Shown piece by piece: positions 6,657 through 14,498 of a stretch of DNA of 39,800 nucleotides (within the stretch, counting starts at the first letter, position 1; every line of letters begins with the position of its first letter). A program made the position numbers and the translations under genes. This DNA is from a virus. The stretch is taken from positions 1-39,800 of the IMG/VR virus record IMGVR_UViG_3300045988_118922; one strand, given 5' to 3'. The notes below the pieces were generated by a model. That model was given only the letters and a program-made list of their open reading frames with translations, was not told where the DNA came from and made no database searches.

Positions 6657-7400
6657 ATGGAATTCGATAACAAATTTACTAAGAGAGAAATAATGTTTAG
6701 TATAGTTATCGTATTAGTTATGTTAATGCTAGGGCTTGTAATTAGCTCTAGCATTAATGACATGATACTAGATGAAAATACTAAATATACAAAAGCTATA
6801 GAGATAAACAACGATAAGGAATTATTTGCTTATGGTATGAGAACAAATGTAGGGAATGCTTATGTATATGGCACTTTAAATAAAGTAGATACAGTTTCAT
6901 ATGATGCTATAAAAGACAAAGATTACGTACATCTAGAAAAAGTAACACAGAGATATACCATGCATACTAGAAGAATAGCACATAAGAGCGGAAAGACAAC
7001 ATATTACACAACTCAGACATATTGGACATGGGATACTATTAATAGAGAAAGTAAAATAGCTAAAGAAATTACATTCTTAAATCAAAAGTATAAAATAAAT
7101 AAAATATCAAATATCATAGATGATGATTACATAGACACAATAAGTACTGGTTATCATTTAAGAGAAAAATATTACGGAGCTAAATTAAACAATGTAAAAG
7201 GGACTGTGTATTGCAATTTAAAGAATAAAACTATAAATAATGCTACTTTTTATAAGGATACAAAGATTAAAGAATGTAAAGAACAATTAATGCAAAGTTC
7301 CCATGTAATAGTGATAGTATTCTGGATATTGTGGATTATATTAATTGGTGGTATAGTTTATGGATTTGGAATGATAAATAACAAATGGTTAGAGGGGTAG
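6657..7400 (+). CDS. Two-TM membrane protein partnered with LemA (TM - soluble domain - TM topology)
   Basis: ATG 6657 with RBS agaggtg. Hydrophobic segments IMFSIVIVLVMLMLGLVISS and VIVIVFWILWIILIGGIVYGFG. Confidence 0.6.
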   Translation: MEFDNKFTKREIMFSIVIVLVMLMLGLVISSSINDMILDENTKYTKAIEINNDKELFAYGMRTNVGNAYVYGTLNKVDTVSYDAIKDKDYVHLEKVTQRYTMHTRRIAHKSGKTTYYTTQTYWTWDTINRESKIAKEITFLNQKYKINKISNIIDDDYIDTISTGYHLREKYYGAKLNNVKGTVYCNLKNKTINNATFYKDTKIKECKEQLMQSSHVIVIVFWILWIILIGGIVYGFGMINNKWLEG

Positions 7401-7404
7401 AAAT

Positions 7405-7791
7405 ATGAGAGAAATTAAATTCAGAGGATATGGTAAATTCGAGAAAAAATGGGTTTATGGTTATGGATTACATCAAGTAATTTTTGAAGATGGTTCATCA
7501 AATACATACTTAACAGCAGGTATTAGAAAATTAATTACTGTATATAGGGAAAGTGCCGGAGAATACACAGGTTGTAAAGATACTAACGGTAAAGAAATAT
7601 ATGAAGGTGACATAGTAGAAACAACTAGAACTTTAAATCATATCGTAGGAGTAGTAACCATGATTAAAAGTTGTTGGTATATACAAGATGGAAAAGATAG
7701 TTATTACAGACTTATACCTAGATTTGGGACTGCTGAGAATAAAATTATAGGAAATATATACGAAAATAAAGAACTACTGGAGGTGGAATAA
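7405..7791 (+). CDS. YopX family protein
   Basis: MREIKFRGY...EYTGCKDTNGKEIYEGDIV...IIGNIYENKELLE is the classical YopX pattern. Confidence 0.85.
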   Translation: MREIKFRGYGKFEKKWVYGYGLHQVIFEDGSSNTYLTAGIRKLITVYRESAGEYTGCKDTNGKEIYEGDIVETTRTLNHIVGVVTMIKSCWYIQDGKDSYYRLIPRFGTAENKIIGNIYENKELLEVE

Positions 7792-7982
7792 TGGAAGATA
7801 GAAAAGAGTTAATAAAAGCACTTAAAGTAATTCAACAAACTTGTAAACGTATTACTGGGATAGATTGCACTTGGACTTCTGGAGAAGGTGATTGTCCTAT
7901 ATGTGAAATACTTGAAAATTGCCCTGTTGACGATGTACCTGCTGACTGGACATTTAAAGAAGGGATAGAAGAATATGAATAG
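7791..7982 (+). CDS. Small hypothetical protein
   Basis: ORF translationally coupled to the YopX gene (taATGg overlap). Confidence 0.45.
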   Translation: MEDRKELIKALKVIQQTCKRITGIDCTWTSGEGDCPICEILENCPVDDVPADWTFKEGIEEYE

Positions 7983-8049
7983 AGCAATAGCAGATGCAAT
8001 AATCATAGTGGTTATTGGTGCATGGATAATAAGTAAGTTATATATGTAA
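7975..8049 (+). CDS. Possible 24-aa single-TM mini-protein (MNRAIADAIIIVVIGAWIISKLYM)
   Basis: Own translation. Overlaps the stop of the preceding ORF. The core is hydrophobic. Speculative. Confidence 0.2.
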   Translation: MNRAIADAIIIVVIGAWIISKLYM

Positions 8050-8132
8050 AATACAAATAATTGACATAAAAAAAGGAATGCTTTCACATTCCGACAAATT
8101 CCTTAATAATATTATAACAGGAGTGTGGGAGC

Positions 8133-8591
8133 ATGGCTAGTAAAACAATAGAAAAAGATAAAACATTTTCAGATGCAGAAGGTAAGTTATACAATTACAA
8201 CTCTATGAAAATAGAGTTAAACAGTCTAAAAATAGATTTAGAATATTTAGAGATAGATTACAAGGGATGCAAAGCTATTAGCTATGCTGACGAAAGAACA
8301 GGACAAACAAATAACATAAGCAATACAGTTGAAAATGAAGTACTTGCAAAAGAGAGACAGATAATAGAAATAGAAAATAAGATACATAAAAAAGAGAGAC
8401 AGATTAGAAAAATAGAAAATGCATTGGAGCTATTAAAGGAAGAAGAAAAAAGATTAGTTAGTTTTAGATATTTTTCAAATAGAAAAAAAGCACCAAGCTG
8501 GTTAGATGTAGGGGAAGAAATAGGTTACAGCGATAAAAAATGCAGAGTTATGAGGAACGATATTATAAACAGAATAAAATCACTTATATAA
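8133..8591 (+). CDS. ArpU/RinA-like late-gene transcriptional activator (sigma-70 region-4-like C-terminus)
   Basis: C-terminal EEEKRLVSFRYFSNRKK..WLDVGEEIGYSDKKCRVMRNDIINRI. The size (152 aa) and the position upstream of the packaging genes are typical of this family. Confidence 0.6.
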   Translation: MASKTIEKDKTFSDAEGKLYNYNSMKIELNSLKIDLEYLEIDYKGCKAISYADERTGQTNNISNTVENEVLAKERQIIEIENKIHKKERQIRKIENALELLKEEEKRLVSFRYFSNRKKAPSWLDVGEEIGYSDKKCRVMRNDIINRIKSLI

Positions 8592-8592
8592 A

Positions 8593-8647
8593 TTCCGTAA
8601 AAGTTCCGTAAAGTTTCCTAAAAAGTTCCGTAAAAGTTCCTTTTTTA
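8593..8647. repeat. Five direct repeats of an 11-bp unit (TTCCGTAAAAG consensus) with an exact 11-bp period
   Basis: TTCC starts at 8593, 8604, 8615, 8626 and 8637. The array begins 2 bp after the ArpU-like stop. Related TTCCGACAAA/TTCCTTAATA motifs lie at 8089-8108, upstream of the same gene. Confidence 0.9.
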
Positions 8648-8699
8648 GACGGAAAACTATAGTATATTTGTATTATAGAAAATATATAAGGTTGTTTCT

Positions 8700-9016
8700 T
8701 TACGAACTCTTATTGAATGTCAGATAGCCTGGTAACCTATTTGACTAGTATAATTGCTACAGTTTTTTAAAACATTGGTTTTTTTGGCACATAGAACATG
8801 TGTCCTCCTTAAGTATTAAGAATATATACAACTTAGTTATGACAGGATAGCTGGGAGAAATCCCAGCAACATGCAAGTAATGGAAATCTCCCCCGATGTG
8901 ATACAGGTTCGAATCCTGTAGCTTGCTAATTGTAATTACTATCATACAACAACAGAAACAGATTTTAATCTCATACTCAATTTGAAAAAGAGCCCTTCAT
9001 GGGGCTCCTTTTGTTG
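8700..9016 (+). ncRNA. Candidate structured RNA or long leader containing a tRNA-like T-arm/acceptor minihelix (class unknown)
   Basis: No credible ORF. Hairpins: 8719-8745 (9 bp); 8786-8806 (7 bp); 8850-8867 (7 bp, GAAA loop). T-arm ACAGG-TTCGAAT-CCTGT at 8903-8919. Acceptor-like helix 8873-8878 / 8921-8926. Intrinsic terminator at the 3' end. Confidence 0.35.
8990..9016 (+). terminator. Rho-independent terminator
   Basis: GAGCCC (8990-8995) / GGGCTC (9002-9007) stem, followed by cttttgttg. Confidence 0.7.
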
Positions 9017-9038
9017 TGCAAAGAAAGAGTTGATCTAA

Positions 9039-9320
9039 ATGAGTAGAAAAATATTTCAAAGAAAAGAGTATTCAATTTATAGATGTAGTGACGGATTTGT
9101 TGTACATAATACAAACAAGAAATTTGAAAACGGACATACACATGTAAATAATTTTTATAAAGCTAAGATACTGGTTATTATGGCTATAAAAAGAGAGATT
9201 GACGATAAGCTAAGTAAAAGAGATATACAAAGTCTTATTAGATTAACAAATGACAATAGATATAGAAATAAATTATTAGAATTAGAAAGGAGTGGTATTA
9301 ATGGCGAAATTGACAGCTAA
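9039..9320 (+). CDS. Hypothetical protein upstream of terS
   Basis: 93-aa ORF overlapping the terS start by 20 nt. No motif recognised. Confidence 0.5.
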   Translation: MSRKIFQRKEYSIYRCSDGFVVHNTNKKFENGHTHVNNFYKAKILVIMAIKREIDDKLSKRDIQSLIRLTNDNRYRNKLLELERSGINGEIDS

Positions 9321-9798
9321 ACAAAATAAGTTTGTAGAAGAATACTTAATAGACCTTAATGCTACTCAAGCAGCAATTCGTGCTGGATACAGTCCTAAAA
9401 ATGCAGGTAAAATAGGACATGAACTACTAGAAAAAACTAGAAATGAAATAGATAGAGCTATAGCAGAAAGAAGTCGAAGGACAGGTATTAATCAAGATAG
9501 AGTTTTAAGGGAATTAGCAAAGATAGCATTTGTTAATCCTGGAGATGTTATAAATTTTGATGAAGCTACAGTAAAAAGTGATGCAAAGGAAGAAGATTTA
9601 GCTGCTATAGCAAGTGTAAAAATAAAAAACATACCAACAGAAGATGGAGAAATAACAGAAAGGGAAATAAAACTATGCGACAAACTAAAAGCATTAGATT
9701 TACTCGGTAAACATCTAGGAATATATGACAAGAAAGATGCTGAGGATAAAAACCTAACAATAACAATCAATAAGGCAAGTGAAAAAAATGGAAATTAA
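9301..9798 (+). CDS. terS: Terminase small subunit (P27/Terminase_2-like)
   Basis: [41 protein letters not shown] is the hallmark N-terminus of this family. ATG 9301 follows RBS aaggag. Confidence 0.85.
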   Translation: MAKLTAKQNKFVEEYLIDLNATQAAIRAGYSPKNAGKIGHELLEKTRNEIDRAIAERSRRTGINQDRVLRELAKIAFVNPGDVINFDEATVKSDAKEEDLAAIASVKIKNIPTEDGEITEREIKLCDKLKALDLLGKHLGIYDKKDAEDKNLTITINKASEKNGN

Positions 9799-10765
9799 TA
9801 TAACTTGCAATGATCACTTTGAAGATTTTGTTTTAGATTGGAACTATAAATTTTATTTTCTTGTTGGTGGTTATGGTAGCTCTAAAAGTTATCATGTGGT
9901 CCAAAAGCTGCATCTAAAATTATTACAAGAAAAGAGATTAGCATTAGTTGTAAGGGAAGTATATGACACTATACGAGATAGCTGCTTTTCACTTTTACAA
10001 GATGTAGCAGTAGATATGGGGATATACGATATGCTTAAATTTAAGACATCGCCAATGCAAGTAACATATCCTAATGGAAGCAAGATAATTTTTAAAGGTA
10101 TGGATAAACCAGCTAAATTAAAATCTATCAATGGTGTATCTATTATATGGGTTGAAGAATGTTCCGAGGTTAAATATGAGGGCTTTAAAGAACTTTTAGG
10201 ACGTTTAAGACATCCTACACTCAGTAATCACATTATACTTAGTGAAAACCCTATAGAAAAGGCCAACTGGACTTATAAGCATTTTTTTATTGATGAAGAA
10301 AATAATAAGAAAATACTTGATGATGAAAAACTTTATATTGAAAGAATTATCAAGACAAATAATACATACTATCATCATTCCGTTTGTGATGATAATTATT
10401 TTCTACCTCAGGACTATATAAAAGAACTTGATAACATGAAAGAGTATGATCCAGATTTATATAGAGTAGCTAGACAAGGTAGATTTGGTATAAATGGTAC
10501 CAAAGTATTACCGCAATTTGAAATGATGGACCACGATTTAGTTATGGCCAAAGTAGGTTCTATACCTTCTAGATTTTATAGAGCTGGTATGGACTTTGGA
10601 TTTGAAACTTCATACAATGCATTAGTTAGAATTGCTATAGATGATGTGAATAAAGATTTGTATATTTACTGGGAATATTATAAAAATCATATGACAGATG
10701 ATAAGACTGCTAAAGAAATAGATGAATTTAAAGTAAATAAAGAGTTAATAAGAGCAGATAGTGCT
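9779..10765 (+). CDS. terL: Terminase large subunit (PBSX/Terminase_3-like), exon 1
   Basis: Walker A region [14 protein letters not shown]. The ORF ends ...IRADSA, then a stop that belongs to the intron. Alternative start at ATG 9788. Confidence 0.85.
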
Positions 10766-11626
10766 TAATGGTTAGGCACTTAACCTGGTTAATTGCTGGA
10801 AACCCCTAAAGCTTTAGATACCAAAGAGTAAAAATTCTAAAGATGCTACAATGGGCAATCAGCACCGAAGATTTAATAAAAGTAGACCACCTTCTATCGA
10901 AAATGTGATATAATATAATATATATCGTATTTTAAAGGGGTGGTAAAATGATTAAAAGTGATAAGGCTAAAATAAGAAGAAAAATATATATGATTTGGTG
11001 GCACATAAAAGACAGATGTTACAACGAGAACAATCCGAGATATAGTTTGTATGGAGGAAGAGGTGTGACATTGTGTGAAGAGTGGCATTGCTTTGATAGA
11101 TTTATAGATGATATAAAGCAAATACAAGGATATTCAGACTTTGATATTTTAAATGGGAATATACATTTAGATAAGGATAGCCTAGATATGAATAATAAAA
11201 TTTATTGTAAAGAAAAATGCATTTTTATCCCAATAGAACTTAATAATAAATTTAAGCCAAATCAAATGAAGCCTTTTAAAGCTATTTCTCCTAATGGAGA
11301 TGAATTTGTGGTATATAACCGTTCCGAATTTGCTAGGGATAATAATTTAAGACAATCAACCATTTCAGATTGCTTAAGTGGAAGGGTTAAAAAACATAAA
11401 GGCTGGTCATTTACTTTAATTAAATAACGGTCAACGACTATCGAAATCATTTTATCTTAAATAGATAGAAAAAGAAAGTAGAGTACACTCAAGTGAGTGG
11501 AAAAGCCAGGCAATAATTAAGACCGAGAGGTCTTTTTTATTGAAGATATAGTCTAGACTTATGTGAGAGCATAAGAAGTTCATAAGAGAACTGCATAAGA
11601 TTAACGACCTTATGTGAATGAAATAG
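10766..11626 (+). mobile_element. Group I intron (861 nt) interrupting terL
   Basis: Exon 1 ends in T and the intron ends in G. P1: agtgcT (10760-10765) pairs with Ggcact (10775-10780), giving U.G at the splice site. P10: ggtt (10770-10773) pairs with aacc (11628-11631). Joining the exons restores ADSA|EPKTIRF. Several GNRA-type or stable hairpins flank the internal ORF. Confidence 0.75.
10948..11427 (+). CDS. Intron-encoded putative homing endonuclease / DNA-binding protein
   Basis: IWWHIKDRCYNENNPRYSLYGGRGVTLCEEW motif. C-terminal module SEFARDNNLRQSTISDCLSGRVKKHKGWSF resembles the C-terminus of the HNH endonuclease at 37377..37952. Confidence 0.6.
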   Translation: MIKSDKAKIRRKIYMIWWHIKDRCYNENNPRYSLYGGRGVTLCEEWHCFDRFIDDIKQIQGYSDFDILNGNIHLDKDSLDMNNKIYCKEKCIFIPIELNNKFKPNQMKPFKAISPNGDEFVVYNRSEFARDNNLRQSTISDCLSGRVKKHKGWSFTLIK

Positions 11627-11923
11627 GAACCCAAGACAATTAGATTTTATCAGCAAGAAGGTTTTAAAATGATAGGTGCTAAAAAATATCAAGGCTCTAG
11701 GCTTCAAAATACTAAAAAAGTAAAAAGATTTAAGCATATATATTGCTCAACTAAATGTGTTAATGTAAAAAAAGAATTGAAGGATCTAACATATAAGCAA
11801 AATGAAAAAGGTGAGAATATATATGATGAATTTAATATAGACCCTCATACTTTGAGTGCTATTTGGTATGCACTAGATGGTTATGAGGTAGCAGATTATA
11901 AAAGACATTATCACAGTAGATAG
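11627..11923 (+). CDS. terL: Terminase large subunit, exon 2
   Basis: In-frame [24 protein letters not shown]...[15 protein letters not shown]...[12 protein letters not shown] is the expected nuclease-domain C-terminus. Exons sum to about 427 aa. Confidence 0.8.
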   Translation, partial: EPKTIRFYQQEGFKMIGAKKYQGSRLQNTKKVKRFKHIYCSTKCVNVKKELKDLTYKQNEKGENIYDEFNIDPHTLSAIWYALDGYEVADYKRHYHSR

Positions 11924-11938
11924 AAAGGAGGATGTAAT

Positions 11939-13363
11939 ATGCTTAATAGTTATCAAGAATTTGTTACAGCAGAATTAACAGGATTATATGGCTCGGCAGT
12001 ATTACAAGAAATGAACGATATACTAAGACTGTATGACATATACGAAGGCCGAGAAAACTTTATAGACAAGTCAGAAGAAAAAGACTATACACAGACAGAA
12101 AAGAAAACAAATCTGATTAAGAAACTTATAAAAGAAGAATCTAGATTTTTATTCGGTAAGACTCCAGAGTTATACATTCAACCTAAAAATGATACTGATG
12201 CTGATAAAGATAAAGCTGAAGAAATAAATCTTTATCTAGATAAAATATTAAAAGATAATCTATTCTCAGAAAAACTTGTAAAAGGTGCTAGAGACTGCTT
12301 TATCGGTAAAAGAGCTGCTATTAAATTATATGCTAATCAAGATACAAAAGAGATTAGGATAATGTTTTTACCTAGCTTGGAATTTATCTACGAGAGTGAC
12401 GAGGAAAATCCTAACGAACTTAAAAAGATAATATTCTTCTATCAGACAAATAAGGAAGTTGAAAAAGATAAACAACGTATTTGGAAGCAAAAGTATGAAA
12501 TGATAGATGGTAGATGTATTCTTAACGAAGGCATCTACAATGGTAATGGGATATTAATAGAGCCTATAAATGTAGATGTAGACTTGCAATTAAGCGGTAT
12601 TCCTTGCTATGTAATCATCAATGACGGATTAAGTGGCGACCCATTTGGAGAGAGCGATGTAAAAGAGCTTCTAGATAATCAAATTCAATACAACAGACTA
12701 TCCTCAGAAGATGTAGACACACTTAGAAAAGGTATGGATAGAATTATTTATGGTGTCGACATAGACCCAGAGGCATCTGAAAAATTTAAGTTAAAGCCTG
12801 GGGCATTTTGGGACGTACCAACAGACCCTACAGCAGAAAATAAACAAGCTACACTAGGTACAATACCAACAGACTTTGGATATGGAGATAAAATAGAAAA
12901 CTCATTAAAACGTATAAAAAGTGATATGTACGAAATGTTAAATATACCAATGCTGAGTAATGACGAGCTAAAAGGCATGATGACATCAGGTAAAACTATG
13001 AAGGCGCTATACTGGCAACTTATTACTAGATGTGAAGAAAAGATGATGGCATGGCGACCTGCTTTAGAGTGGTTAGTAAGAGCTATCTTAGAGATTACAG
13101 AAGTATATAACATAGAGAAATTGCCACAGCTTGATTATACTGTTACAGTCGAAAATAACTATCCTTTACAAGAAGATGAAGATGAAGAAAAGACATTAGA
13201 CTTACAACAAGTAAATGCACAAGCAATGTCTAGAAAAACATTTATCAAGAAATGGCAAGGTGTTACAGATGATGTGGCCGATGCCGAAATAAGACAAATA
13301 GCACTAGAACGAGAAATGCTAGAAGAAAGCTATATATCAGGAATGAGTGATCCAGTTGAATAA
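11939..13363 (+). CDS. Portal protein (SPP1 gp6-like)
   Basis: 474 aa, immediately after terL. The N-terminal ...LRLYDIYEG region and acidic C-terminus are typical of this family. Confidence 0.85.
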   Translation: MLNSYQEFVTAELTGLYGSAVLQEMNDILRLYDIYEGRENFIDKSEEKDYTQTEKKTNLIKKLIKEESRFLFGKTPELYIQPKNDTDADKDKAEEINLYLDKILKDNLFSEKLVKGARDCFIGKRAAIKLYANQDTKEIRIMFLPSLEFIYESDEENPNELKKIIFFYQTNKEVEKDKQRIWKQKYEMIDGRCILNEGIYNGNGILIEPINVDVDLQLSGIPCYVIINDGLSGDPFGESDVKELLDNQIQYNRLSSEDVDTLRKGMDRIIYGVDIDPEASEKFKLKPGAFWDVPTDPTAENKQATLGTIPTDFGYGDKIENSLKRIKSDMYEMLNIPMLSNDELKGMMTSGKTMKALYWQLITRCEEKMMAWRPALEWLVRAILEITEVYNIEKLPQLDYTVTVENNYPLQEDEDEEKTLDLQQVNAQAMSRKTFIKKWQGVTDDVADAEIRQIALEREMLEESYISGMSDPVE

Positions 13364-14114
13364 TTTTTTTAGACAAAAGAATAAAACTGAAAAAGAGATG
13401 ACTAGAGAAATAAAAAAAGCATATAAAAGAGTAGCAAATAATCTGATTAAAAGATTAGCTCTAGTAAATCCAGATACAATGACATATGACTATCTAAGAC
13501 AAACTGCTAAGTACTTAGAAAGAGAATATAAGAAGCTTAATAAAAGACTTAATAAAGACATAGAAAAGGCTATTACAAACACTGTAAAAGGCTATACACA
13601 AAGCCAAGCAGAGTTTTATAGTGATTTATGCAAACCTCTTTCTCATTCATTTGAAGATATGTTTATAAAAGTAAACAAGCAAGTCTTAGACAATGTTATT
13701 ACGGGTAAAATGTATGGAGACAATATAAAACTTTCTGACAGACTTTGGAGCAATCATAAAAAGACTGTAAAGACTATAAATGATATACTTACAGATGGAT
13801 TTATAGCTAAAAAAGGCAGTAAAGAGATAGCAAAAGACTTAGAAGTTTATTGTAACCCAGATTATCTAAAGGAATATGATAATTTTACTATTCATCCTAA
13901 AAGTAAAAACAAGGTTGAATTTAATTCATATAGATTAGCAAATACATATATAAATCATGCATATCAAGATGCTACAAGGCAAAGTGCTAAAGGAAATCCA
14001 TATGTAGAGAAAATAGAATGGTTGAGTGGAACAGATGATAATGTATGTGATTTATGCAAAGAACGAAATGGAAAGAGGTTTAAGGTCGAGGATATTCCAC
14101 TCGACCATCCGTGA
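13347..14114 (+). CDS. Minor head / head-morphogenesis protein (SPP1 gp7 / Mu F-like), ending at an in-frame TGA just upstream of the conserved C-terminal motif
   Basis: WLSGTDDNVCDLCKERNGKRFKVEDIPLDHP-TGA. The usual motif continues after the stop (see 14115..14251). The start is uncertain (GTG 13347 or ATG 13398). Confidence 0.75.
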   Translation: MIQLNNFFRQKNKTEKEMTREIKKAYKRVANNLIKRLALVNPDTMTYDYLRQTAKYLEREYKKLNKRLNKDIEKAITNTVKGYTQSQAEFYSDLCKPLSHSFEDMFIKVNKQVLDNVITGKMYGDNIKLSDRLWSNHKKTVKTINDILTDGFIAKKGSKEIAKDLEVYCNPDYLKEYDNFTIHPKSKNKVEFNSYRLANTYINHAYQDATRQSAKGNPYVEKIEWLSGTDDNVCDLCKERNGKRFKVEDIPLDHP

Positions 14115-14251
14115 CCGTTAGGACGATGCACCTTATTACCAGTCATAGAGGAAAATTTAGAAGATATAGCTAAAGAGTTGAAAGATTGGACTAATGGTGG
14201 TAAAAATGAAAAACTAGATAAATGGTTTGAAACATGGGAGGTTAAGAAATA
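14115..14251 (+). other. In-frame continuation after TGA 14112-14114: PLGRCTLLPVIEENLEDIAKELKDWTNGGKNEKLDKWFETWEVKK
   Basis: Same frame as 13347..14114. It carries the RCT..P part of the HPxCRC-type C-terminal motif. It has no start codon or RBS of its own. Confidence 0.5.
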
Positions 14252-14498
14252 AAGAAATTATTAGATAGAATATTAGTAAGATTGGGTTTGATTACAAGTC
14301 CAAGCATCTTATTTAATTTAGCAACATATGGTGAGAATTCATCTTTTTATAAAAAATACTATAAGAAATATAAAAAAAGATACGAATGGCTGTAAGGCCT
14401 TATTTTTATGTCTTTTTTTAGTTTGTAGACGTAAAAGAATAAACTAAAAACTATATTCAAGAAGCAAACTTGTAAAAAGCGTAGATATAGGAGGAAAT

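Noticed and set aside
8593-8647. A CRISPR-like array or mini-array.
   Set aside because: The units are 11 bp and directly abutting with no spacers, and no cas genes are present. The pattern fits a protein-binding iteron array, not CRISPR.
8792-8805. A second LexA box (GAACATGTGTCC) inside the intergenic RNA candidate.
   Set aside because: One half-site is mismatched (GTCC rather than GTTC). The sequence also forms the loop and 3' strand of the 8786-8806 hairpin, and no promoter context is evident.
8873-8927. Possible canonical or suppressor tRNA gene (perfect GGTTCGAATCC T-loop region), which might decode the in-frame TGA at 14112.
   Set aside because: Only 24 nt separate the acceptor-like 5' strand from the T-arm. 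I could not fold a D-arm or a 5-bp anticodon stem, there is no TCA or CTA anticodon loop, and no alternative 5' acceptor strand lies upstream. I kept it as a tRNA-like minihelix or relic inside a larger RNA candidate. tRNAscan-SE or ARAGORN should confirm.
8757-8945. 62-aa minus-strand ORF in the ArpU-terS intergenic region.
   Set aside because: It has no RBS and no recognisable motif. It runs antisense through the hairpin series and the T-arm-like element, which are better explained as plus-strand RNA structure.
14112-14114. Genome-wide stop-codon reassignment (TGA as sense), or selenocysteine at this TGA.
   Set aside because: Other TGAs act as genuine stops with coupled restarts (5506-5508 tgataa; 16382-16384 in an ATGA overlap; 18118-18120 before a terminator). 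No other late gene shows in-frame stops. I found no convincing SECIS-type hairpin within about 40 nt downstream, only weak and mismatched pairings. Local read-through, truncation or a sequencing error remain the live options.
14252-14498. A possible small basic ORF (...LGLITSPSILFNLATYGENSSFYKKYYKKYKKRYEWL) in the gap before the scaffold gene.
   Set aside because: I could not find a plausible start codon with an RBS. The sequence is low-complexity, and the region more likely holds the weak terminator and promoter elements between the minor head and scaffold genes.
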